DNA of 64,000 bases from Chiloscyllium plagiosum (GCF_004010195.1 NC_057753.1:4019656-4083655); one strand, 5' to 3'. Shown: positions 11,993-24,010, numbered from the stretch's first letter. The notes: generated by a model from the letters alone, not told the origin. Made by a program: numbers and translations.

Positions 11993-14085
11993 GACGAGGG
12001 GATTAGAACCACTTTCATCCTCATGTGGACTTGCCTTGGCCAGCATTAGTACACAAGAGGGGACCATCTATCTGTGTGATCCTGAACATCAAGACACTAC
12101 ATACCACCTATGCCAGGACGATGTTCTTGTGTGCCAAGAGACTGATGCTTTCGATAATGGAACATTACCCAAGATGATTGTCCAAAAGATCGAACAGTCC
12201 ATTTACAGAACAACTCCCAATGGTCTTTACCTTGTCAAGGTGGTATGTGTAAATGTGATTTCAGTTGCACGCTGGGAAGCCTTGTCCTCGTTCAAATAGA
12301 TGACGTAGTAAAAGAGACAAAGGGAGGATGCCCTCCTTCACTAACAATCAGGTTTTTAGAAACCCATAATAAAATATTTGGGGAGTATGAAGTAGGTTGT
12401 TGTGCTCCTACTTTGAAGGGAGACTCCTTTTTCCTTCCAAATCCTAACATGGGGGTATGGAATAGTACTAAAATACCTCCAGAATGTAATATCTCTTTGT
12501 TATTACCTATCCCCACCTGCTACTTGTTTATGGAATTTCTCCAATAAATCCACCATATATGGGCGGCACGGTGGCACAGCGGTTAGCACTGCTGCCTCAC
12601 AGCGCCAGAGACCCCGGGTTCAATTCCTGCCTCAGGCGACTGACTGTGTGGAGTTTGCACGTTCTCCCCGTGTCTGCGTGGGTTTCCTCCGGGTGCTCCG
12701 GTTTCCTCCCACAGTCCAAAGATGTGCAGGTCAGGTGAATTGGCCATGCTAAATTGGCCCATAGTGTTAGGGAAGGGGTAAATGCAGGGGTCTGGGTGGG
12801 TTGCGCTTCAGCGGGTCGGTGTGGACTTGTTGGGCCGAAGGGCCTGTTTCCACACTGTAAGTAATCTAATCTAATCTAATCCGATCCAAATCGCTACAAT
12901 GGTAAGAGGTGGGAGTTGTGCTTATGTAAGAGTGCGTAGAATTACCCCCCTGTCCTCTCCTCTGAAGGACGTTACATCTCATGTGTGTGCCTTAAGGAGG
13001 CATGAGTCTCTATTACCACCGGAATTCAAACCCCTATGTGAAGAGGGTAACAACACCCACCTTCATTATGACACCCCTAACAGCACTAATATTTTCCCAG
13101 TTATCGGATGGGTAGAACCATTCTGGGATGTCAACCACGTCTCTTAGCAAGAGACCCACCCCATTCGATTAGATGATTTTCACCCTCAGCGCCCAGGACC
13201 AAACTATGTAATCATGGACTATCCACACACCCCAGGAAGTCACAAAGGTAGGCCAGCATCTTACTGGGAAGGGCCCTCCATTATCTATACTAAACCTGGA
13301 TATTATTTTTCAGTTATAATAAGGCATCTAACTACCTTGTCCTGAATAGAGGAAGTTAACCCTGAGCTGTAGCAACACTCTTTCCAACTAGTGTTCCCTA
13401 CCTGGCAACGAGATCGTAACTCCCCTGTTAAACATTGAGTTCCTCCTGGCGTCTGTGCAGAATGGAAGAATCCAAAGGCCATATCAAGAAGTAAAACTCC
13501 CTCATTGGCACATGCAGCTCTCAGTGTTCTTTCAGTAGGAGTTACTAGTCATCAAAACCGTAATTCTCTCATTTGCGGACTCACGATTTTGGGAAATGAG
13601 ACAACTGCTGCCTTGATAGAAGTTAGGGACATGCTTTCACCCAACAAAACCGCTCTGCCCTCGATTATATACCTGCGAAGGAAGGTGGAGTTTGCGGTAT
13701 AGTTAAAGGAAAATGCATCATGGGGGGGGGGGGGGGCGGTCACTGATCTTATCGAAAACATTAGACAAAGATAACATCCACACTTGTCAACCAAATGACC
13801 GAAGGTGCGGGATGGGGAGATTGGGGTTTTGGCTCATGGTATAACTGGCTAATTGACATGGCTATGTATGGTGCGATTGTTTTAATTGGTCTTTTTGTTG
13901 GTATTGCTATCGTTACGTGTATTATTGCTAAAATATTAACTTCTATTGATAATATTAGTTCCACCTGGAAAATGCTTCTTCTCCACGTGGATGAAGGTGA
14001 GGAAACACCATTGCCCTTGGTTCCCCTTGGGGGGGGGGGGGAGAAAGTTGTATGGCAGTGTTTCGCTGCCATTGAATTGGAATAA
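11993..14085 (+). pseudogene. env: ERV-A env (degraded), gamma-type TM
   Basis: ISD QNRSALDYIPAKEGGVC (13645-13695), CGIVKGKC, Trp-rich WGDWGFGSWYNWL, hydrophobic TM; followed by PPT and LTR. Confidence 0.8.
12561..12880 (+). mobile_element. Full-length HE1-like SINE in env
   Basis: GGGCGGCACGGTGGCACAGCGGTTAGC head with A/B boxes; (CTAAT)n tail. Confidence 0.9.
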
Positions 14086-14123
14086 CTTGATCCCTGCCTT
14101 CATGATGTGGTCCTAGAATGACC

Positions 14124-14665
14124 AAAGGGGGGAATGAGGATCTAAAATTTGAATTTAGATTATTATTAGAAGCAACAAGTGTATGTAGATTTTTACTCAC
14201 CACAAAATGGCTTTTCAATTTAAAAGAATACTATAAAATGGCTGAGAATACTGGTTGAACCCTGTGAACCTGTCCTGCTGATTTACAGTATTAAGCTAAA
14301 ATCCAAAGACAAGAGGACAATGAAGTTTTTATAAAATGAATACTGACACAAATTGGCCAGCCGAACTAACCTTGAACTGCTACCATGACATGACGATTTA
14401 TGGAATTAAGACTTCTTTCCCAGGGAATATCATTGGATTAACCTGCTGACAAACATGTCGCCGTATTATGTGTGATTGGACTTTTCCTGTAATTAAGGCT
14501 GTATTGCCTCTTCAAAAAAAAGATGTAAATAATGTGTCATTTTCGAATGTCATGGTGCCATTTCTCGATGGAACACAGAAGCTTTAACCTCTGTGCTGTT
14601 AGAGGGAATTGTCTCAAGGTGCCTTACTTAAACTAATGACTCTAGCTTCGTACAGACCGCATGCC
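14124..14665 (+). mobile_element. ERV-A polypurine tract and 3' LTR (3'-truncated)
   Basis: AAAGGGGGGAA at 14124-14134, then TG at 14135; homologous to 7342-7885. Confidence 0.85.
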
Positions 14666-15442
14666 TCTTCAGAAGAGCCTCTCGGTTCGAGATCGGTCAA
14701 AAGAATGGAGCAGAATGCAGTCTGTTGAAAGCAAGGTGACCAGTTGCATAGATTCAGGCAGCCTAGTGCAGATTTGTCCAGCAACACGGAGGTTAAAAGC
14801 CTTTGTGTTCTGTGGAGAAATGGCACCATTACATTCGAAAATTACACATTTATATGTTTTCTTAAGAGACAGTACAGCCTTACTTACAGGAAAAGACCAA
14901 ACCACATATAATAAGGTGACAAGGCCCTAATATAACGACGGAGTGGATTAGGGGTGGCTTCAGCCCAGTCTAGGTGGTTTGCTCTGACTGCTGTGTCTGC
15001 AGAGGGCGGTAGGCAGTTCAATAGCATGGAATTATACTGAACATGAATAGCATTTACATTCCAAGCCTGATCGCCGGAATAGGACTCATAACATTCTCTA
15101 AAACGTTCCATAAAGCCCTCAGCAGACTCCTTACTTTGGGGGCAAAGTTCAAGCATACGAGCAAGGTCAATAGGCTTTGCCAACACAGGAGATGCAGCAG
15201 CCAGAATATGATCTTGTCTCTTGTTGCTGGACTACAGCATTAGCAAAGGCTGTAAAATTGCTATGATTAATGTGTTCAGTGAAACGGGCATGTTCAGAGC
15301 GGGTAAAAGCGCTTGCTGAGGAAGGGCCCAAAGATCCTGGGCATCGCCACCATAAACCTTAATTGGGGTGTTTATAAAAAAATCAGCCAACTGCTAAGGA
15401 GTCTCCTGGTGGTCCGGTACATTACTGAGGATGGATATAATT
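14666..15442 (-). mobile_element. Internally deleted ERV-A copy: partial LTR (14666-14923) fused to gag capsid fragment
   Basis: LTR part aligns with 7345-7560; AKPIDLARMLE..WAEATPNPLRRY matches AKPVDLADILE..APNPLRR. Confidence 0.75.
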
Positions 15443-15973
15443 NNNNNNNNNNNNNNNNNNNNNNNNNNNNNNNNNNNNNNNNNNNNNNNNNNNNNNNNNN
15501 NNNNNNNNNNNNNNNNNNNNNNNNNNNNNNNNNNNNNNNNNNNNNNNNNNNNNNNNNNNNNNNNNNNNNNNNNNNNNNNNNNNNNNNNNNNNNNNNNNNN
15601 NNNNNNNNNNNNNNNNNNNNNNNNNNNNNNNNNNNNNNNNNNNNNNNNNNNNNNNNNNNNNNNNNNNNNNNNNNNNNNNNNNNNNNNNNNNNNNNNNNNN
15701 NNNNNNNNNNNNNNNNNNNNNNNNNNNNNNNNNNNNNNNNNNNNNNNNNNNNNNNNNNNNNNNNNNNNNNNNNNNNNNNNNNNNNNNNNNNNNNNNNNNN
15801 NNNNNNNNNNNNNNNNNNNNNNNNNNNNNNNNNNNNNNNNNNNNNNNNNNNNNNNNNNNNNNNNNNNNNNNNNNNNNNNNNNNNNNNNNNNNNNNNNNNN
15901 NNNNNNNNNNNNNNNNNNNNNNNNNNNNNNNNNNNNNNNNNNGCGCTCGCGTCGCCACTGTATGGTCAGTTAC

Positions 15974-18900
15974 TCAAAGTCTCTTTAGTCTGAGTTTCAG
16001 CGGGTCTTGCGTTGATTCGGCTGTCCAGACTTCTTCCTCAACTGGAGGGTCCACAGGCCCTTTGATCCGAGTGTAATGAGTCCAGCCTTTCCCCGCCGTC
16101 CTTATTGCCGTTTCGGTAGTCAAAAGAGCCTGGTATGGCCCTTCCCAGTCCGGCTGCAATTTAGTCTCTGTCCATGATTTTACTAAGATCCAATCTCCTG
16201 GCCGGATGGGGTGAACAGTGAATTCAAGGGGCGGAGTCTGTGCCAACAGACCCTGTTTTCTGAGGAAAGATAAAGAGGAGGACAAGTCCAGTATATACTT
16301 CTTTAAAAACAAATCTTTAGTTTCGGGAATTGGCAATTCTCCATTCGTTCCCAGATAAGGTAATCCAAATAAGATTTCATAGGGGGATAGTTCCAAATCT
16401 TTCCTTGGGGCTCGTACTCGCAAGAGAGCTTGAGGTAAACATTTGGTCCAAGGGAGTCTGGTTTCTATTATCAATTTAGAGAGCTGTCGTTTGAGTGTTT
16501 GGTTCATTCTCTCAACCCTTCCTGATGATGGCGGGTGCCATGGAGTATGGAACTCCCAGGAAATCCCCAACCCCTTCATTACCCCCTGTAACACTTTAGA
16601 GGTAAAATGAGTTCCTTGTCGGAATCTATATAGTTCACTAGCCCATATCGGGGAATTATGTGCTCTAATATTGTTTTAGACACCCCATTTGCAGTGGCAG
16701 TAGCTCGGGGGTATGCCTCAACCCAACCAGATAACTGATCTACTATGACCAACATATAGTTTAGTCTTCCTACTCTAGGTAGTTCAGTATAATCTACTTG
16801 TATACTCTGGAAGGGTCTCACTCCTGGGTCTCTTCCTACCAGGGCCTGTTTTCTCAAGACTTTTTTATTTACCTTTCTGCATATTATACATCCCTCACAT
16901 ATTTGTTTAGCAATGGTATATATTCCTTTACATCCATATTCCCTAAGAACTAAATCACACATTGCTTGTACTCCCCAAAGGCTGCCTTGGTGTAGGATAG
17001 CCATAAGCTCTCGCATCATCATTTTGTTTAACATTTTCCTTCCATCAGGTAACCTCCAATGCCCGTCTGCTGTTTTTGTAGCCCCTAAATCTCTCAATTC
17101 TTTTTCTTCTCTTTCAGTAAATATAGGAGTTTCCCTAGGACCTGGGATAGTAGGTATTAGGGAATGAATCACCACTTCTTGTGGGTTAAGGGCGGCTTCC
17201 TTAGCCACTTCATCAGCTAATCTATTTCCCCTAACCTCTGGTTCATTTCCTTTCTGATGACCATTTACATGCACTACGGCTATCTCTCGGGGGAGTAATA
17301 GAGATTCCAAGACCCATTTAATCAATTCTTCATGAACTAATTCCTTCCCTCGACTATTGATCAATCCTCTTTCCTGCCATATCTTTCCGAAAGTGTGCAC
17401 AACATCAAATGCATATTTAGTGTCAGTCTATACTGTGGCCTCTTTATTTTCTAATGCCCTAAGGGCTCTTTCCAATGCATAGAGTTCGCAGGTCTGAGCT
17501 GACCATCCATTTGGCAGCCTTCCTGCCTCTACCACACTACATTTTGTCCCATCTACGACTGCATACCCATTATGTCTTTTCCCTTCAGTCACCCGGGATG
17601 ACCCGTCTATAAAAAGTCAGGCTCCTGCATGAAGCAGAACATCTCTCAAGTCCATGCGGACCTTAGTTTGGTATTCAATAATGTAAAGGCAGTCGTGCCC
17701 TGGATTCTGAGGAGAGTCTCCTTCCCCTTTCCAAAGAAAGGCAGCTGGATTTAAACAATTGTCAGTGACCAACACTAGATCATCTTTTTCTATTAATATC
17801 GCCTCATATTTCAGAATCCGCGAATCTGTCAACCATCGCACAGCTTTTTGGTTTAAGATCGTTCTCACTTGGTGTGGGTGCTTACTATTAGGGCTCCCCC
17901 AAATGTAAGCTTTCTGCTTTCCTCCACCAACAGTGCAGTGGCACCCACAGCCTGCACACACTCAGGCCACCCTCGGGATATTGGATCCAATAGCTTTGAA
18001 AGATATGCTACTGGCTGTCTCATTCCTCCCCACCTCTGGGTTAATACTCCCAAAGCCGCTCCCTTATCTACGGTAGCAAAGAGGTGGAAAGGTTTATCTA
18101 GGAAAGGTAAGGCTAACACGGGGGCATGAATCAGATCTCTTTTGAGTTTCTCAACTAGTTCTTTTTCCTCATCATCCCAACTTAGACATTTTAGCTCCCC
18201 CTCTAATAGTTTGAGATACAATTTCCTAGTCTTCTGAGCATAGGAATCTATCCACAATCTGCAATATCCCGTTAGACCCAAAAATTTGCATAACTCCCGT
18301 TTACTGCTGGGCAGTGGCATCCCCAGTATTCCCTCTATCCGCTCCGGGCTTATCTTTCGCTTGCCCTCACTCACTAAATGTCCCAAGTATTTTACTTCTT
18401 GCTCCACATATTGTAATTTGTGTTTAGATACTCGCAGGCCCTGCTGGCCCAGGAAATTCAATAATTTGTTAGTGGCTTCTACTACTCTTTCTCTCCTTAT
18501 TCCTGATACTAAGAGATCGTCTACATACTGCAACAGGGTAGTCCCCTTGGGGCTGCTAAATTTCTCCAATATTTGTTCTAACATCTGTCCAAATAAATTT
18601 GGGGATTCCGTAAGCCCCTGGGGGAGCACAGTCCACTGGTATTGCTTTTTCCGTCCTGTCTTAGGGTCTTCCCATTCAAAGGCAAACAAATTCCTACTTT
18701 CCTCCGCCAAGGGACAAGCCCAAAAGGCACCCTTTAAATCTATCACACTAAACCATTTGTGATCATGAGGGATCTTACTTAATAATGTGTAGGGGTTTGG
18801 CACCACTGGGTGCCTGATCTGTACTATTCGATTTAATGTTCTCAAATCCTGCACCAATAGATAAGTTCCATCAGATTTCCGTACTGGTAGAATTGGGGTA

Positions 18901-19430
18901 TTATAAGGAGACATACATGGCTCCAACTGTCCATCTCTAATCAGTCCCTCAATTACTGGCTGCAGTCGTTCTATGGAAATAGGATATTGTCGCTCACAGA
19001 CAACGTCCCCTTTCCGTTTTAAATTTATTAAAAGGGGAGGGATCTGTAGTTTTCCACGATTCCCTTCTCTAGCCCATACAATAGGGTCTGTCTCTCTCTC
19101 CACATCCTCTGTCAACATTGCCAGTTGTACAACTAATTCTTTTTCCTGAATTCCAATCTCCAGTCCTAAAAGGATAATTAGGTCTCTCCCCAGTAAGTTA
19201 CTTCCTATATCAGGGATATACAGCAGTTCCCCTGTGACCCTATCCTTAGGACCTTCTATCATCATAGGTTCAAATACTGGAACAGTAAATCCTTCCCCTT
19301 TTACCCCCGAAACAGTATTTGACTGTCTTGACATTCCTGCTTTCTTTGGCTTAAAATTCAGCGATGACCGTGCTGCCCCCATATCTACTAGGAAGACTAC
19401 CTCTTCCCTACAGGGTCCCACCTTCAAGTT
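15974..19430 (-). pseudogene. pol: ERV-B pro-pol (protease, RT, RNase H, integrase), few frameshifts; HERV-I/IP10-like
   Basis: FLVDMGA, LPQGLTESP, QYVDD, IDGSS, GNRLAD, CIIC, QVDY, SSGRVERMN, WEGPY. Confidence 0.95.
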
Positions 19431-20065
19431 NNNNNNNNNNNNNNNNNNNNNNNNNNNNNNNNNNNNNNNNNNNNNNNNNNNNNNNNNNNNNNNNNNNNNN
19501 NNNNNNNNNNNNNNNNNNNNNNNNNNNNNNNNNNNNNNNNNNNNNNNNNNNNNNNNNNNNNNNNNNNNNNNNNNNNNNNNNNNNNNNNNNNNNNNNNNNN
19601 NNNNNNNNNNNNNNNNNNNNNNNNNNNNNNNNNNNNNNNNNNNNNNNNNNNNNNNNNNNNNNNNNNNNNNNNNNNNNNNNNNNNNNNNNNNNNNNNNNNN
19701 NNNNNNNNNNNNNNNNNNNNNNNNNNNNNNNNNNNNNNNNNNNNNNNNNNNNNNNNNNNNNNNNNNNNNNNNNNNNNNNNNNNNNNNNNNNNNNNNNNNN
19801 NNNNNNNNNNNNNNNNNNNNNNNNNNNNNNNNNNNNNNNNNNNNNNNNNNNNNNNNNNNNNNNNNNNNNNNNNNNNNNNNNNNNNNNNNNNNNNNNNNNN
19901 NNNNNNNNNNNNNNNNNNNNNNNNNNNNNNNNNNNNNNNNNNNNNNNNNNNNNNNNNNNNNNNNNNNNNNNNNNNNNNNNNNNNNNNNNNNNNNNNNNNN
20001 NNNNNNNNNNNNNNNNNNNNNNNNNNNNNNNNNNNNNNNNNNNNNNNNNNNNNNNNNNNNNNNNN

Positions 20066-20998
20066 CATCCCCATCTCCAATTGGGTGTTCCCTGTCCCAT
20101 ATTTTAATAGCACCTCCTCATATAAGTGCCCTTTCCTCCCTAGTAAATAGTATATTCAAAATAGACATTAACTCAGCCCACATATACAGACTGGGCCCCA
20201 AAAATTGATCAATTTGTTCAGACAACCCTACCGGATCCTCAACCAGGACCTTCATTTCCTTCTTAAATGTTCTGACCTCCCCACTGGTGAGGGGGGCACT
20301 TACAAACCCAATCTCTTTGTCCCCTATGGGTACCTCCCGAAGGGGATAAGTCGTTAAATTCTTCCCCTTTTTCTTTTGTTTTCCCCCCTTAGACTTTGAT
20401 TTAGATTCTCTGGAAGCCTCCTCTACATCTACTGTAGCTTCCCTTTCTTTTGCTGAGGATTGAGGGTCAGGAACAACAACATCCCCATCCACCGCCCCTT
20501 CGTCCTTTTCTGGTGAATCATCTGTTCCCTGTCCCTGTCTGTCTGTCTCTCCTCCTCCCCCATGTTCACCTAACCTGATTTTATGGTACGGGGGGGGGGG
20601 GGGGCGGGGCAAACAGTTAAGAGGATCCCAGGGACTGGGTGGGGCAGAGGAAGAATCCTTTGTCTTTACTACCATCATTCCCAAACTGCCCTTCCAACAG
20701 GACGCATAGTCCGCCTCCTCTTGACTAAAAGGTTGTTTTCCATTCACAACCCTAAATACTGACAGACCCAATCCTCGTCCGAACCATACTTTGGCCAGAA
20801 GACAGCCGGACGAAGGATTGGTTCTTTGGTCCATACTAAACAACAATATTTAATCATTGTCTTTTTAACTTTTGTCCTTGTACAAGTATTACTTGTCCAT
20901 TCCCGCAACATCCTCTCCAACGGACTTTCAGGAGGAATGTTACCAGGGACTTTTTCTTCTTCCTTCACTCCGTGACAGCTACTCTGCCTACCCCCCAT
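20066..20998 (-). pseudogene. gag: ERV-B gag (MA to start of CA; remainder in gap)
   Basis: MGGRQS myristoylation-type start, IPPESPL..YC..VW..WPKYGS matrix, PPPY late domain, YPLREVP. Confidence 0.9.
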
Positions 20999-21131
20999 TT
21001 CGCGGGGCCCTCGCCAGTCCCTCAGTGATTAAATACCTCTTTTCCCGGCCACCAACGCAATACTTAAAAGTCAGGTTTCTTACCTTGGTCTGTGCACAGA
21101 GTTGCCTGGCCCCTTGTCGCCGTATTTTGTT

Positions 21132-21450
21132 TTAGATTAGATTAGATTACATTACAGTGTGGAAACAGGCCCTTCGGCCCAACAAGTCCACACCGACCCG
21201 CCGAAGCGCAACCCACCCATACCCCTACATTTACCCCTTACCTAACACTACGGGCAATTTATCATGGCCAATTCACCTGACCCGCACATCTTTGTGATTG
21301 TGGGAGGAAACCGGAGCACCCGGAGGAAACCCACGCAGACACGGGGAGAACGTGCAAACTCCACACAGACAGTCGCCTGAGGCGGGAATTGAACCCGGGT
21401 CTCCGGCGCTGTGAGGCAGCAGTGCTAACCACTGTGCCACCGTGCCACCC
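21132..21450 (-). mobile_element. Full-length HE1-like SINE in ERV-B leader
   Basis: Very similar to 8773-9068 and 12561-12880. Confidence 0.9.
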
Positions 21451-21624
21451 ACCATGTTCTATTGAGCTCCTATCACTATCTGATTCAGATGTCTCTCTTA
21501 TAGGATCCGTACCAGTCGCCCAAGGGAGCAGACCAAACCGGGACACGAGACTGCTCCTCAATGGGGAATGGGACGCGTCTTCCCAGTGTCCAAGGCCAGC
21601 CACTCCCCCCGGCGATGGAAGAAA

Positions 21625-21641
21625 ATCCTGGACAGCCCCCA
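21625..21641 (-). promoter_or_regulatory. ERV-B primer binding site, tRNA-Pro
   Basis: TGGGGGCT-GTCCAGGAT versus canonical TGGGGGCTCGTCCGGGAT, 2 nt after the LTR terminal CA. Confidence 0.85.
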
Positions 21642-21643
21642 AT

Positions 21644-22853
21644 TGTGAGAAACAAAGCTCACTCACTTCAATAATTGCAGTCTGAGATGAAAATCTGAAT
21701 CAGCAGTGTCCTTTATTTTACACTTGCAAGTGGATGTAATGTCCACAAGGCAGGGACAAAAACACACCAAATTCAACAAACTCTCGAAATTTATATAATT
21801 TGGGTCCCTACATATTTTTTCTTATTTCATTGTTCCCCCCCCCCCACCATTTACATCATTCACTTCCCTAAGACTGATCCCACCACCCCTGCTTATCCGG
21901 CCTTGTCCGTGATAGAATGCTTAACTCTGGCCTCATAAGGTCGTTTGACGTCATCCCACTGCAGGTCATTGTTAGGCATATTCTTTCCTGTGGTTCTGTT
22001 CGCCAAGCTGGAAGTTTTTGTTGCAAAGGTTTCGTCCCCTGTCTACGTGACATCCTCAGTGCTTGGGAGCCTCCTGTGAAGCGCTTCTGTGGTGTTTCCT
22101 CCAGCATTTATAGTAGCCTGTCCCTGCCGCTTCCAGTTGTCAGTTTCAGCTGTCCGCTGTAGTGGCCGGTATATTGGGTCCAGGTAGATGTGTTTGTTGA
22201 TGGAGTTTGTGGATGAGTGCCATGCTTCTAGGAATTCCATGGCTGTTCTTTGTTTGGCTTGCCCTATAATGGTAGTGTTGTCCCAGTCGAATTCATGTTG
22301 CTTGTCGTCTGCGTGTGTGGCTACTAGGGATAGCTGGTCGTGTCGTTTCGTGGCTAGTTGATGTTCGTGGATGCGGATCGTTAGCTGTCTTCCTGTTTGT
22401 CCTATATAGTGTTTTTTGCAGTCCTTACACGGGATTTTGTACACTACATTAGTTTTGCTCATGCTGGGTATCGGGTCCTTCGTTTTGGTGAGTTGTTGTC
22501 TGAGTGTGGCTGTTGGTTTATGTATAGGACAAACAGGAAGACAGCTAACGATCTGCATCCACGAACAGATATTTTTACCTACTGTTATACAAGCCGAGGT
22601 CATCCCCTTACAACTTCTTATCTATTTGCCCATACATCTACCATTGTTTTGCAATCACGTTTCATGCTAACATACCATTTTTAACTGATACGAAAACAAT
22701 CATATATTTCCTTTACATAGTTTCCATTCTTGTTGACTCAGCTCTTGGCTAAAACAATTACACACTGATGTGAGTTCATGTACTCTGTATCAGAAATTAT
22801 AATTGCAGAATTGCAGATCTGCAGAAGAAACATTAATTTACCTATATCCCACA
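21644..22853 (-). mobile_element. ERV-B 5' LTR, interrupted by a Penelope element
   Basis: Termini TGTGGGA...TCTCACA; TATATAAA ~21790-21797; AATAAA 21712-21717; PBS adjacent. Confidence 0.75.
21990..22567 (-). mobile_element. Penelope-like element: GIY-YIG endonuclease 3' fragment with 5' inversion
   Basis: NVVYKIPCKDCKKHYIGQTGR; 22524-22567 is an inverted copy of ~22362-22406. Confidence 0.9.
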
Positions 22854-22872
22854 GTAGGTAATCTAATGTAAT

Positions 22873-23320
22873 ATGAGGGGGTTGTCTTACGAGGGTAGAC
22901 TGGGATTACATTCATTAGAATTTAGAAGAATGAGGGGGGATCTTAAAGAAACATATGAAATTATAAAGGGAGTAAATAAGATAGATGGAGGGAGAATGTT
23001 TCCACTGGTGGGTGAAACGAGGACAAGGGGGCACAGCCCCAAAATTAGGGGGAGCAGATTTCGGACTGAATTGAGAAGGAACGCATTCACCCACAGGGTT
23101 GTGAATCTATGGGATCCCCTGCCCAGTGAAGTAGTTGATGCAACTTCAGTAGATGCTTCAAAGGCGAACATAGACTTTGTTTGGAACAGTCAAGGAATTT
23201 GGGGTTATGGTGAGAGAGCGGGTGAGTGGAGCTGAGGCCAGGGAAAGATCAGCCGTGATCGTGTAGAGCGGCGGAGCAGGCTTGAAGGGCCAGTGGGCCT
23301 CCTCCTGCTCCTGCTCCATA
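22873..23320 (+). mobile_element. CR1 LINE 3' fragment
   Basis: SLEFRRMRGDL..TRGHS..RVVNLW. Confidence 0.85.
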
Positions 23321-23369
23321 TAAGTATTTTTTTTATATAATGTTCTGTTGGTGTTGTTGTTATTTGTGG

Positions 23370-24010
23370 GCGGCGCTGCCTTGGCCATTCTGAACTGAAG
23401 CCCCAGCATGCCCCGCGGTGAAGGACCCTTGTCCACCAGCTGGAGAGCACTGCGCAGGCGTAGTAGCCCACCGGTACGGCGCATGCGCGGGAACCGCTCC
23501 TCGCGGCGGACGGACGGACATTTATTCGTTTTCGGTGAGAATGAGGCGGCGCTGCGGGACGGATGGGTCCGGCGTCGGAGGAGGGGGGGTCGGGGAGGCT
23601 TCGTGGGCATCCCCTGCACGGCGCGAGCACAACAGAGCGGGTTTCTGTTTCCTTGTGCACGCGGAGTTGAAGGCCGACAGTTAACCGGAGGCTTTGGCGA
23701 CGTCTAGGCCTCCGAGCGGGCGTCCGCCATCTTTGGTGAGGGCGCAGGCGCGGTCGCCATCTTTGGTGAGGGGGGGACAGCCGTTGTCAGCGAGAGCGCA
23801 TGCGCGGCCGCCATATTTGGTTGGGGAAGAGCATCTTCAGCGAGGGCGCATGCGCGGCCGCCATATTTGGTTGGGGAAGAGCATCTTCAGCGAGGGCGCA
23901 TGCGCGGCAGCCATCGTTGTATAGGGAACGAGTGGGCGGCGCTTGCCCATTGTTCAGAATGGAGGCAACTTGTCCATCAGGCTGCATCAGCCTTTCACAC
24001 GTGACCTCTT
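23370..24010 (+). promoter_or_regulatory. CpG-island promoter, probably of the + ZNF gene
   Basis: CpG-rich; GCGCATGCGC (NRF1) x4; CGCCATNTT (YY1) x4; candidate donor G|GTGAGA ~23536. Confidence 0.75.
23787..23914 (+). repeat. 50-bp tandem repeat, ~2.5 copies
   Basis: TCAGCGAGGGCGCATGCGCGGCCGCCATATTTGGTTGGGGAAGAGCATCT. Confidence 0.9.

Noticed and set aside
12561..12630. tRNA genes
   Set aside because: A/B-box heads continue into SINE body and tail; no standalone tRNA
14665..14677. CTCTTC-A-GAAGAG mini-hairpin at the LTR junction
   Set aside because: Largely native LTR sequence (compare ~7345); too short to be informative
15313..15993. Long ORFs across N runs (also 5702-6827 and 19234-20208)
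   Set aside because: Gap artefacts; ERV-B env and 3' LTR cannot be assessed
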